Assembly (NCBI GenBank): GCA_959604355.1
Contig: CAUHAO010000008.1
Span: 1,784 to 65,783, forward strand
Length of the DNA: 64,000 nt
Reading direction: 5' to 3'
Source: an uncultured Eubacteriales bacterium
Lineage (GTDB): Bacteria > Bacillota > Clostridia > Oscillospirales > UBA644
Shown here: positions 46,306 to 53,905 of the stretch, piece by piece
Layout: each line of letters opens with the position of its first letter
How positions within the stretch are numbered: position 1 is the stretch's first letter
Notes under the pieces: generated by a model
What the model saw: the letters and a program-made list of their open reading frames with translations, nothing else
What the model was told of the DNA's origin: nothing
Databases searched by the model: none
Made by a program: the position numbers and the translations under genes

Positions 46306-47217
46306 ATGAAAAAATACGACATCATCATCGTCGGCGCGGGCACAGCCGGCATGACCGCCGCGATATACGCTCTGCGCGCGGGAAAATCCGTCTGCATATT
46401 CGAAAACGAGGTGTTTGGCGGACAGATATCTTATTCCCCCAGAGTTGAGAATTACCCCGGAATCCCGTCCGTAAGCGGCGCGGACTTCTCGGACGCGCTC
46501 GTCACACAGATAACGGCGCTCGGCGCGACGATTGAGCTTGAAAACGTCATATCCGTCACCGTCAACGGCGACGGCACGAAAAAAGTCGTTACGGACTGGA
46601 ACGAGTACGAGTGCAGGGCGGTCATTCTCGCAACGGGCTCAAAACACCGCAAGCTCGGCGTCGAAAGAGAAGACGAGCTCGTCGGAAAAGGCGTGTCGTA
46701 CTGCGCGGTATGCGACGGTGCGTTTTACAAGGGCAAGCCCGTCGCGGTCGTCGGAGGCGGCTCAACGGCGCTTCAGGACGCGATATTCCTCTCCGCGTAT
46801 TGCTCTTCGGTTACACTCATTCACCGCCGCGACGAATTCCGCGGCGAGGAAAGACTTGTAAAGACCCTGCAAACAAAGGGCAACGTCAGCTTCATACTCA
46901 ACAGCACCGTCAAAAGCCTTGACGGCGCGAGCCGCATCGAGGGCGTCACCGTGACGGATAAAATAACGGGTGCGGAAACGAAAATACCCGTTGACGGCCT
47001 TTTCGTCGCCGTCGGGCAGATGCCTCGGAACGAAAAATTCGCAAACATCGTCACGCTCGATGACTACGGCTACATCGCTTCGGGCGAGGATTGCCGCACA
47101 AGTACGGACGGCGTTTTCGCCGCGGGCGACTGCCGTACGAAAACTCTCCGTCAGCTCACCACCGCCGCCGCCGACGGTGCCGTCGCAGGTACCGCCGCCG
47201 CCGAATACTGCGATTGA
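46306..47217 (+). CDS. trxB: Thioredoxin-disulfide reductase
   Basis: GxGxxG ..IIIVGAGTAGMTAA.., redox centre ..CAVCDG.. and a second dinucleotide fold ..VVGGGSTALQDA... Confidence 0.93.
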   Translation: MKKYDIIIVGAGTAGMTAAIYALRAGKSVCIFENEVFGGQISYSPRVENYPGIPSVSGADFSDALVTQITALGATIELENVISVTVNGDGTKKVVTDWNEYECRAVILATGSKHRKLGVEREDELVGKGVSYCAVCDGAFYKGKPVAVVGGGSTALQDAIFLSAYCSSVTLIHRRDEFRGEERLVKTLQTKGNVSFILNSTVKSLDGASRIEGVTVTDKITGAETKIPVDGLFVAVGQMPRNEKFANIVTLDDYGYIASGEDCRTSTDGVFAAGDCRTKTLRQLTTAAADGAVAGTAAAEYCD

Positions 47218-47246
47218 AAATCCCGAACGACCCCGTGAAGATACAA

Positions 47247-47280
47247 AAAGATATCCGCGCGATACGCGGATATCTTTTCT
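47247..47280. terminator. Bidirectional intrinsic terminator between trxB and the convergent ligase gene
   Basis: aaagatatccgcg-cgata-cgcggatatcttt with A/T runs on both sides. Confidence 0.8.
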
Positions 47281-47311
47281 TTATCTATTATTCTTTTTTA
47301 TACGTCTGCTT

Positions 47312-49024
47312 TTATGCGCCTGCCGCTTGATTTTCCGCCTCTTCCTTCTCGAGGACTGTGTATGCGACCTTGCCGACGAGCGTTTTCGGCAGCTCCTTGC
47401 GGAACTCTATGTCGTACGGCATCGCATATTTCGCGATGTGCTTGCGGCAATGCTCCATTATCGACGATTTGAGCTCGTCGGAGGGTTCATAGCCCTCTTT
47501 CGGGACAATGAACGCCTTGACTTTCTGCATCTTGTAGTCGTCCTTGACGCCGATGACACAGCTCATAACGACTGCCTCGTGCGCGTCGATTATATTTTCG
47601 AGCTGCGACGGGTAAACGTTGTAGCCGCTTGTTATTATCATTCTCTTGATACGCTGCTTGAAGTATACGAAGCCTTCATCGTCCATATATCCCATATCGC
47701 CCGTGTGCAGCCATACTCTGCCGTCCGCGTGCGTGTGCAGCGCCGCCGCCGTCTCTTCGGGATTATTCATATATCCGAGCATCACCGACGGGCCGTGGAT
47801 ACATATTTCGCCGTCTTCGCCGTAAGGCACTTCCTCATCCGTGCCGACTTTGCAAATAATGAAGTATGTGTCGGGGTAGGGCAGACCTATCGAGCCTTCC
47901 TTTTCCTTGTTGTACGGAGTCAAACAGCTCGCGGTAACACATTCCGTCGTGCCGTAGCCTTCGCGGATGCGTATTTGCGCGCCGTGGTCTGCGAGGAATT
48001 TATCGAATTTCTTTTTAAGCTCGATCGACAGAGAGTCTCCGCCCGAGAAAACGCCTTTGAGACATTTCAGGTTCACCTTATCCATATACGGGTTACGGGT
48101 TATCGCCTCAAAGAGCGTCGGCACGCCCGCGATATAGTTGGGCTTCTCGGTTTTGAGCAGTTTACTGTAGCTCTTGACGTTGAAACGCGGCACAAGTATG
48201 CTTCTGCCGCCGGCGGCGAGCATCGTGTGAACGCAAACACCGAGACCGAAGCCGTGGAACATCGGCATTGCCGCAAGCATGCTCATTCCCGGCTCGAAAT
48301 TGTTCGCCATTGCGATGGTCTGTCGGCCGAGAGCGTTGAAGTTGAGGTTTGACAGGCGTATACCCTTCGTCGTGCCCGTCGTGCCGCCCGAGAAGAGGAT
48401 GACTGCTTCGTCAGAGCCGCTTTTTTCGACTTTATATTCGCCCGTGAACTTTCTGCCGCCCGCGAGGAAGTCTTTCCACATCACAACTTCAGCGTCGGTC
48501 TTCGGAATGGGCGGGATTTTCGACGTGAGCTTGAACACCGCCGCCTTTATCGGGTCGAGCGCGTCCGCGACGGACGTAATGACGAGGCTTTGCAGAGGAT
48601 AATTTTTGCGCACGTTGACGAATTTTCCGTAAAACTGGTCGAGCGTCACCGCACATTTGCTGCCCGCGGTTCTGAGATAAAATTCTATCTCTCCCTCCGC
48701 GGAAAGGGGGTGTATCATCGACGCTATCGCGCCTATACGGTTAAGCGCGTACAGACAGTAGACCGTCTGCGGCACGTTGGGCATGCAGACCGTGACTTTG
48801 TCGCCTTCGCTGATACCTATGGCCTTGAACGCTTTCGCCGCAAGGTCGATACGCTCGAGCATTTTTTTGTAACTGATGTTCGAACCCATGAACGAAAGAG
48901 CAGTATATTCCGGATATTCTCGCGCCGTCTGCGTCACCGCGTCAAGCATTGAGCCTTGCGGATATTCCAGATGAAACTGCACGTCGCCGTAACTGCCCAG
49001 CCAGGGCATCCTGATTTCTTCCAT
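47312..49024 (-). CDS. Adenylate-forming enzyme (AMP-binding; acyl-CoA or acyl-carrier ligase-like)
   Basis: ..FSGGTTGTTKG.., ..GYGTTE.. and ..TGDMGYMDDEGFVYFKQRIKRMIITSGYNVYP.. motifs. Confidence 0.88.
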   Translation of the reverse strand: MEEIRMPWLGSYGDVQFHLEYPQGSMLDAVTQTAREYPEYTALSFMGSNISYKKMLERIDLAAKAFKAIGISEGDKVTVCMPNVPQTVYCLYALNRIGAIASMIHPLSAEGEIEFYLRTAGSKCAVTLDQFYGKFVNVRKNYPLQSLVITSVADALDPIKAAVFKLTSKIPPIPKTDAEVVMWKDFLAGGRKFTGEYKVEKSGSDEAVILFSGGTTGTTKGIRLSNLNFNALGRQTIAMANNFEPGMSMLAAMPMFHGFGLGVCVHTMLAAGGRSILVPRFNVKSYSKLLKTEKPNYIAGVPTLFEAITRNPYMDKVNLKCLKGVFSGGDSLSIELKKKFDKFLADHGAQIRIREGYGTTECVTASCLTPYNKEKEGSIGLPYPDTYFIICKVGTDEEVPYGEDGEICIHGPSVMLGYMNNPEETAAALHTHADGRVWLHTGDMGYMDDEGFVYFKQRIKRMIITSGYNVYPSQLENIIDAHEAVVMSCVIGVKDDYKMQKVKAFIVPKEGYEPSDELKSSIMEHCRKHIAKYAMPYDIEFRKELPKTLVGKVAYTVLEKEEAENQAAGA

Positions 49025-49079
49025 TTTCTTTCTCCGCGTTTAAAATTTTATGCTTTAAATTTTCATTGTCATATAGTTG

Positions 49080-49976
49080 TCATATATTTGTAAGGTCGAT
49101 TTCTTCCGCCGCGGGCGCGTCAAGCAGCTCGGGGTGAGCGAAAAGATGTTTCAGCAAACGTATGCTCTTTGCGAAATAAACGCCGTCGGCGATACGCTCG
49201 TCGAGAGTTATGCCGAGATTGAGACAGTCGCGCATCTCATACGAGCCGTCGTCCTCGAAGAACGGTTCCTTGTGCTTCTCGCCGATGACGAGGAATATCG
49301 AGTTCGTGCCCCAGTTCGTGAGATGATGGTAACTTGCGCTCATTTTTATGCTGCCGAGGTTTGATATGAACACCGTCGATTCATACGGGTCAACGTCGCT
49401 GAGTGCTTTGGGCAGTTTGCCGTAAAAGTCGAGTTTGAAAATTATATTCGTGAAAAACTGCAGCAGCCAGCGCGGCAGCTTTGTCAGTACATCCATCGTG
49501 TCCGTTGCGCCTTCACTTTTGTTCTCGTGGCGCACACCGTAAACGAATTTACATATCTTGCCGTGTATCTGCTCAATGAGAGGCTGCGGATCTTCTTTGT
49601 CCGTGATGAGCGTTGCGAGAGCCTCATGAGCGTCGTCGGTGAACATTTTCTTGACGACGAATGAGAACGAAATGTCGTTGCGCTCGTAGGTACGTCTGCC
49701 GATGATAAAGCGGTTCATTTTCGGGCGAAGGATTATCGTCTTTGATAGCGCCGCCGTGATGAAGTGAAAAAGAGTATACTTGAATTCGGGATTCTGCGCG
49801 TTTTTCGCGTCGAGATATGCTATGGCTTGAGTAAGGTCTATGCGCTCGACCGCGACAGCCTCGTTGTCTGCACGGTTGGGCAGAAGATAGGGCATGAACT
49901 GGTGCATCGAGTCTCCCTCACGCACAAGTCTGCCGTCACGCCTGTCGCCGCGCTGCCTCTTGATTTTTTCACTCAT
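49080..49976 (-). CDS. 2-oxoacid dehydrogenase E2/CAT-fold acyltransferase homologue (DERIADG in place of DHRxxDG)
   Basis: ..FISNLGS...(38 aa)...LGITLDERIADG.. aligns with the E2 catalytic-domain pattern ..ISNLG...LSLS.DHR..DG. It overlaps the TetR stop by 8 nt. Confidence 0.75.
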   Translation of the reverse strand: MSEKIKRQRGDRRDGRLVREGDSMHQFMPYLLPNRADNEAVAVERIDLTQAIAYLDAKNAQNPEFKYTLFHFITAALSKTIILRPKMNRFIIGRRTYERNDISFSFVVKKMFTDDAHEALATLITDKEDPQPLIEQIHGKICKFVYGVRHENKSEGATDTMDVLTKLPRWLLQFFTNIIFKLDFYGKLPKALSDVDPYESTVFISNLGSIKMSASYHHLTNWGTNSIFLVIGEKHKEPFFEDDGSYEMRDCLNLGITLDERIADGVYFAKSIRLLKHLFAHPELLDAPAAEEIDLTNI

Positions 49977-50613
49977 GGTCGTTTTCCGCCTTCCCCGCGT
50001 CCTCTTCGGACGGCGTTTCTTCTTTTTCTTCGTAATCTATCTGTGTGATGAGCTTGAGCAGGGAGAAATTGTCGTCAAAACGCTGTGTCAGGTTTGTCAC
50101 CCGCATCGAGATGTCTTCGGGAGGCTCCGTCATGCCTTTTTCTATCCACGCCACCGTCATCGTTGCTATGCCTCCGAGAAGGAACTTAACCGTGTCGCTG
50201 TTGAGCTTCGGGTCAATGTATTTTTCGGTATGCTTTGCGTATGAGCCGATAGCGTAATAGAATATCTGTATCAGCGACGCGTTGCGCAGTTTGATAAGAT
50301 TTTCTCGGTGCTCGTAAAAAGTCTTGAAATATATAAGATACAGCTCGTACGCGTCAAAACCGTCTTTTTTGTATTTGAGCTGCACCTTTTCGACATACTC
50401 GTCAACGATGCCTTCGATGAATTTGCGGATTATGTCATCCTTGCTTGTGAAATTGCGGTAAAACGATTGCCGCGCCACACCCGCCTCGTCCGTGATGTTC
50501 GCAATTTTTATCTCCTCGTACGGCTTTTTGCCGAGAAGAGTCATGAGCGCGTTGAATATCCAATTGCGTGTGCGCTTTGTCTGCTTGTTGCAGCTTTTTT
50601 TCTTGCCGAACAT
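49969..50613 (-). CDS. TetR/AcrR-family transcriptional regulator
   Basis: N-terminal HTH ..I.NALMTLLGKKPYEEIKIANITDEAGVARQSFYRNF... AAAGGAG SD. Confidence 0.9.
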   Translation of the reverse strand: MFGKKKSCNKQTKRTRNWIFNALMTLLGKKPYEEIKIANITDEAGVARQSFYRNFTSKDDIIRKFIEGIVDEYVEKVQLKYKKDGFDAYELYLIYFKTFYEHRENLIKLRNASLIQIFYYAIGSYAKHTEKYIDPKLNSDTVKFLLGGIATMTVAWIEKGMTEPPEDISMRVTNLTQRFDDNFSLLKLITQIDYEEKEETPSEEDAGKAENDHE

Positions 50614-50640
50614 TTACGTCTCCTTTCCGCGGGATACTGA

Positions 50641-50660
50641 AATGTAAAAAGTGTTACATT
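50641..50660. promoter_or_regulatory. Inverted repeat (candidate TetR operator) in the operon 5' UTR
   Basis: AATGTAA-aaagtg-TTACATT lies between the predicted -10 box and the TetR SD. Confidence 0.45.
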
Positions 50661-50676
50661 TGTCTCATTTGCCACA

Positions 50677-50705
50677 AGTATACCACATTTTTTTCCCGCT
50701 GTCAA
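50677..50705 (-). promoter_or_regulatory. Promoter TTGACA-17-TATACT (minus strand) for the TetR operon
   Basis: tgtcaa at 50700-50705 and agtata at 50677-50682 on the + strand, with a 17-nt spacer. Confidence 0.55.
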
Positions 50706-50817
50706 GTCCAAACAGCAAATATTGTCTGACATTTTTTACCTCTCTGAATTTATCCGCAGGGACAGGGAACAATAATGGCAAAAATCAGAAAAAAAAGTAT
50801 AAAAGCACGACAAAAAC

Positions 50818-50846
50818 TTGACAAACGGTATAGAAAGGTGTATAAT
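50818..50846 (+). promoter_or_regulatory. Perfect sigma-A consensus promoter
   Basis: ttgaca at 50818-50823 and tataat at 50841-50846, with a 17-nt spacer. Confidence 0.6.
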
Positions 50847-50889
50847 AAACATATGATGATATCACTTTGAGATGAAAGGATACGTTAAG

Positions 50890-51258
50890 ATGAAAGAACT
50901 CAGAAAAGAATATAAGATACTTCTCGGCGTCGCCGCGGGCGTTGCAGCCGCAGGTCTCGCGTTCGCAGCATACAAATCCTTAAAAGCGCTCCGGAAAGCA
51001 AAGGCTGAAATTTCCGAAAAGGAAAGCGACGGCGACGACAGTATCGCGTCTCCCGACGAGGCTGTCTATGTGGACGCGGAATATATACGGATAGGGAACG
51101 GCGACGACTCCGAAGCGCCTGCCTCGGACGGCGATGACGTACCGGAAAACGCTCCTGAAAAGGCTTCCGAAAACGCTCCCGTAAAAGAAGACGAGCCTTC
51201 GGCAGAACGCAACGCACCTTCCGAAGCAGCTCCCGAGACCGCCGAAGGCAGAGAATAA
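50890..51258 (+). CDS. Small membrane-anchored acidic protein, unknown function
   Basis: MKELRKEYKILLGVAAGVAAAGLAFAAY.. TM segment, then an Asp/Glu/Pro/Ala-rich tail. The second ATG (50890) is preferred on SD spacing. Confidence 0.6.
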   Translation: MKELRKEYKILLGVAAGVAAAGLAFAAYKSLKALRKAKAEISEKESDGDDSIASPDEAVYVDAEYIRIGNGDDSEAPASDGDDVPENAPEKASENAPVKEDEPSAERNAPSEAAPETAEGRE

Positions 51259-51287
51259 AGAATTTTCCGTTTGTCTTCATAAAACGA

Positions 51288-51319
51288 TGCGGTCTGAAAA
51301 AGACCGCACCGTGTTTTTT
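51288..51319 (+). terminator. Intrinsic terminator
   Basis: tgcggtct-gaaaa-agaccgca hairpin followed by T6. Confidence 0.75.
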
Positions 51320-51379
51320 ATATTTTACATCTTAAGTATGCGCCGCGGTTTTATCCGGGGCTCGGAAAGATAGGTCTTT

Positions 51380-52288
51380 ATGAAAAACGATTTTATTCTC
51401 TCATGTGAATCCACGGTAGACCTGCCGTATTCCTACATATCGGGCAGGAACATCCCCGTACTTTTCTATTCCTATACGGTCGACAACGAAGAATATGTTG
51501 ACGATATGGGCAGGGATCCCGAAGTTCTTCCACGTTTTTACGGGTTTATTGCAGACGGCAAGATCCCGACCACATCCCAGATCAACGAGTTCCGGTATGA
51601 GGAGTTTTTTGAAGAACAGATCCAAAAGGGCGACGTACTTCATATCGCTTTCGGCTCGGGCATGACCCCCTCTGTGACCCACGCGCTTGAGGCGGCTGAA
51701 ATAATACGCGAGAAATACCCCGACCGCAAGCTGACGGTAATAGATTCCCTTTGTTCGTGCTCCGGCTACGGTCTGCTTGTAGATATCGCGGCGGACATGC
51801 GTGACGCAGGCGCATCGATGGAAGAGATCGAAAAATACCTGCTTGAAAACCGTCAGGGCGTACATCATCAGTTTTTCAGTACCGACATCAAATATTTCCG
51901 CAGAAGCGGACGTGTTTCGGGCGCCGCGGCGACTGTGGCGACCATTCTCGGCATATGCCCGATTATGCGTCTTGACGATAAAGGGCGTATCATTGCTTAC
52001 GACAAGGTCCGCGGCAAAAAGGCGGCTATCGAAAAGACGGTTGATGCCATGCAGGCTCACGCGCGCGGAGGCAAGGATTACAGCGGCAAATGCTTTATCA
52101 GCCATTCGAACTGCATCGAAGACGCCGAAACGCTAAAAGCGGCCATAGAATCGCGTTTTCCGAATATTTCAGGCGGCGTGCGCATTTTCGATATAGGCAC
52201 AATAATCGCATCTCATTGCGGCCCCGGTACCGTTGCCGTGTATTTCCTCGGCGATGACCGCGTTCCCGACAAGAGTTCACATAAATAA
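51380..52288 (+). CDS. DegV-family (fatty-acid-binding) protein
   Basis: ..LSCESTVDLP.., ..TSQ.N.., ..I.SLCSCSGYGL... Length and pattern are typical of DegV/EDD-fold proteins. Confidence 0.85.
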   Translation: MKNDFILSCESTVDLPYSYISGRNIPVLFYSYTVDNEEYVDDMGRDPEVLPRFYGFIADGKIPTTSQINEFRYEEFFEEQIQKGDVLHIAFGSGMTPSVTHALEAAEIIREKYPDRKLTVIDSLCSCSGYGLLVDIAADMRDAGASMEEIEKYLLENRQGVHHQFFSTDIKYFRRSGRVSGAAATVATILGICPIMRLDDKGRIIAYDKVRGKKAAIEKTVDAMQAHARGGKDYSGKCFISHSNCIEDAETLKAAIESRFPNISGGVRIFDIGTIIASHCGPGTVAVYFLGDDRVPDKSSHK

Positions 52289-52307
52289 TAATTCAACACG
52301 CAAAAAT

Positions 52308-52345
52308 ACGGCTCCGCCATAAAGACGGAGCCGTTTCGTTTTTCG
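52308..52345. terminator. Bidirectional terminator between degV-like and htrA
   Basis: acggctccg / cggagccgt stem followed by ttcgttttt on the + strand. Confidence 0.7.
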
Positions 52346-52355
52346 TTTTTCGTTT

Positions 52356-53603
52356 TTATCTGCCGCGGTCTTCCATGAGCAGCAGCTCGACGGTCGTATA
52401 TTGCCCGTTGCGGTAGTACGTCACGGATATCGTGTCGCCGACGCAGAGAGAGTCGTCAAACGACTGTATATCCGCCATGGTCGTGACCTGCGTGCCGTTG
52501 ACCTGCGTGATTATATCATTGACCTTTATGCCCGCGAGGTCTGCGCCGGAGCCTGCGTCGACGCCCGTCACGATAACGCCCTGAGGCAGTCCGTAACGTC
52601 TTGCCACAGACGCCGAAAGCGTCTCTCCCGTGATGCCTGTCGCGGGTCTGTCTTTGACGTATCCGTAGTCTATGAGGTCACGGATTATCGGCATTGCATA
52701 GTCTGTCGGAATGGCAAAACCGATACCTTCGACGTCCGTGTCGACTATCTTGCTCGACGTTATGCCCACGACCTTTCCGTCCGCCGTAAACAGCGCGCCG
52801 CCCGAGTTGCCGGGGTTTATCGCCGCGTCGGTCTGGATGAGCGTTTCGGACGTATTTTCCTCGCTCACCACGCGGTCAAGCGCGCTCACGATGCCCATCG
52901 TCACCGTGCCTGCAAATTCTATACCGAGCGGATTTCCCACCGCGATGACGACCTGTCCCACGCGCAGAGAGTCGCTTTGACCTATCTGCGCTGCCGAGAG
53001 CGTAAGTCCATCCGCGTCGATTTTCAGCACCGCGAGGTCATTTTTCGCGTCGCCGCCGACGAGCGTCGCTTCACGCTGCACGCCGTCCGAAAGTGTCACG
53101 TCTATGGTCACGTCGTCGTATTCGTCGTAGTATGAAACAACGTGATAATTCGTCGCTATATAGCCGTCATCGGTGATGATTATTCCCGAGCCCGTCGCGG
53201 CGCCGCCGCCGGCTTTATATGTGTAAAAGCCAAACTGATACGTCTTTGACGGCACCGTCACCGTGACATTGACAATGCTTTTGGATACCAGCGCCGCGGT
53301 GTCTACGAGCGAGAATGTCCCGGCCTGAGTCGACGCCGCCACGGAGCCCCTCTGCATGTCCGACAACTGCGACGAGAGTGACGTGACCTGCGCGGAGAGG
53401 GAGGAGATTCTGTTTTCGTATTTCGATATGTCCGCCGCACCGACTTCTTTCGCCGTACGCTGCACATACACGCCTGCCACGAGCGTACCCAGCAGCATCG
53501 AAAGACAAATCAGCGCGCACACGACGCTTACGATTGCCGCACCCTTGCCTTTCTTTTCTTTAACATATACGGTCCTTGTCGGGCCGTTTTCGTAACCGTT
53601 CAT
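52356..53603 (-). CDS. htrA: S1C (HtrA/DegP-type) serine protease with a PDZ domain
   Basis: The start is moved to MNGYENGP (53603) with AAAGGAG upstream. TM segment, catalytic ..TNYHVV.., ..DLAVLKI.. and ..GNSGGALF.., and a C-terminal PDZ (..GVIVTGV..GS.A..AG.K..D.I...NG..). Confidence 0.9.
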   Translation of the reverse strand: MNGYENGPTRTVYVKEKKGKGAAIVSVVCALICLSMLLGTLVAGVYVQRTAKEVGAADISKYENRISSLSAQVTSLSSQLSDMQRGSVAASTQAGTFSLVDTAALVSKSIVNVTVTVPSKTYQFGFYTYKAGGGAATGSGIIITDDGYIATNYHVVSYYDEYDDVTIDVTLSDGVQREATLVGGDAKNDLAVLKIDADGLTLSAAQIGQSDSLRVGQVVIAVGNPLGIEFAGTVTMGIVSALDRVVSEENTSETLIQTDAAINPGNSGGALFTADGKVVGITSSKIVDTDVEGIGFAIPTDYAMPIIRDLIDYGYVKDRPATGITGETLSASVARRYGLPQGVIVTGVDAGSGADLAGIKVNDIITQVNGTQVTTMADIQSFDDSLCVGDTISVTYYRNGQYTTVELLLMEDRGR

Positions 53604-53792
53604 ATAAAGATCTCCTTTCGGTTCTTTTCTGTTTATGTTTTGTTTCACTTAGTATACTGCGGAAATTAAGAAAAAAAATTCCTTTTTTCCGTCCGAATTG
53701 TAGCAAAAGTCGCAGACTGTGTCGTATGCGTGCCGAAGCACGCGCGTAAATGCGCAAAAATCTATGAAATTTAAGGCATTTTCGAAAAAGAC

Positions 53793-53821
53793 TTGAAAAA
53801 ATGAAAAATATAGTGTATAAT
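53793..53821 (+). promoter_or_regulatory. Promoter TTGAAA-17-TATAAT for the PBP gene
   Basis: ttgaaa at 53793-53798 and tataat at 53816-53821, with a 17-nt spacer. Confidence 0.5.
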
Positions 53822-53905
53822 ATACCATGAATACTTATAGTATGTCCTCACGCGAGGAAGAACCTTTGTTTAACGCTTACATTGTAAGCCCGGGGAGAAT
53901 TAAAA

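Noticed and set aside
46970-48352. 460-aa + strand ORF spanning the trxB 3' end and antisense to the AMP-ligase gene.
   Set aside because: It crosses a strong bidirectional terminator and an intergenic gap. The translation is low-complexity, and both real genes are well supported.
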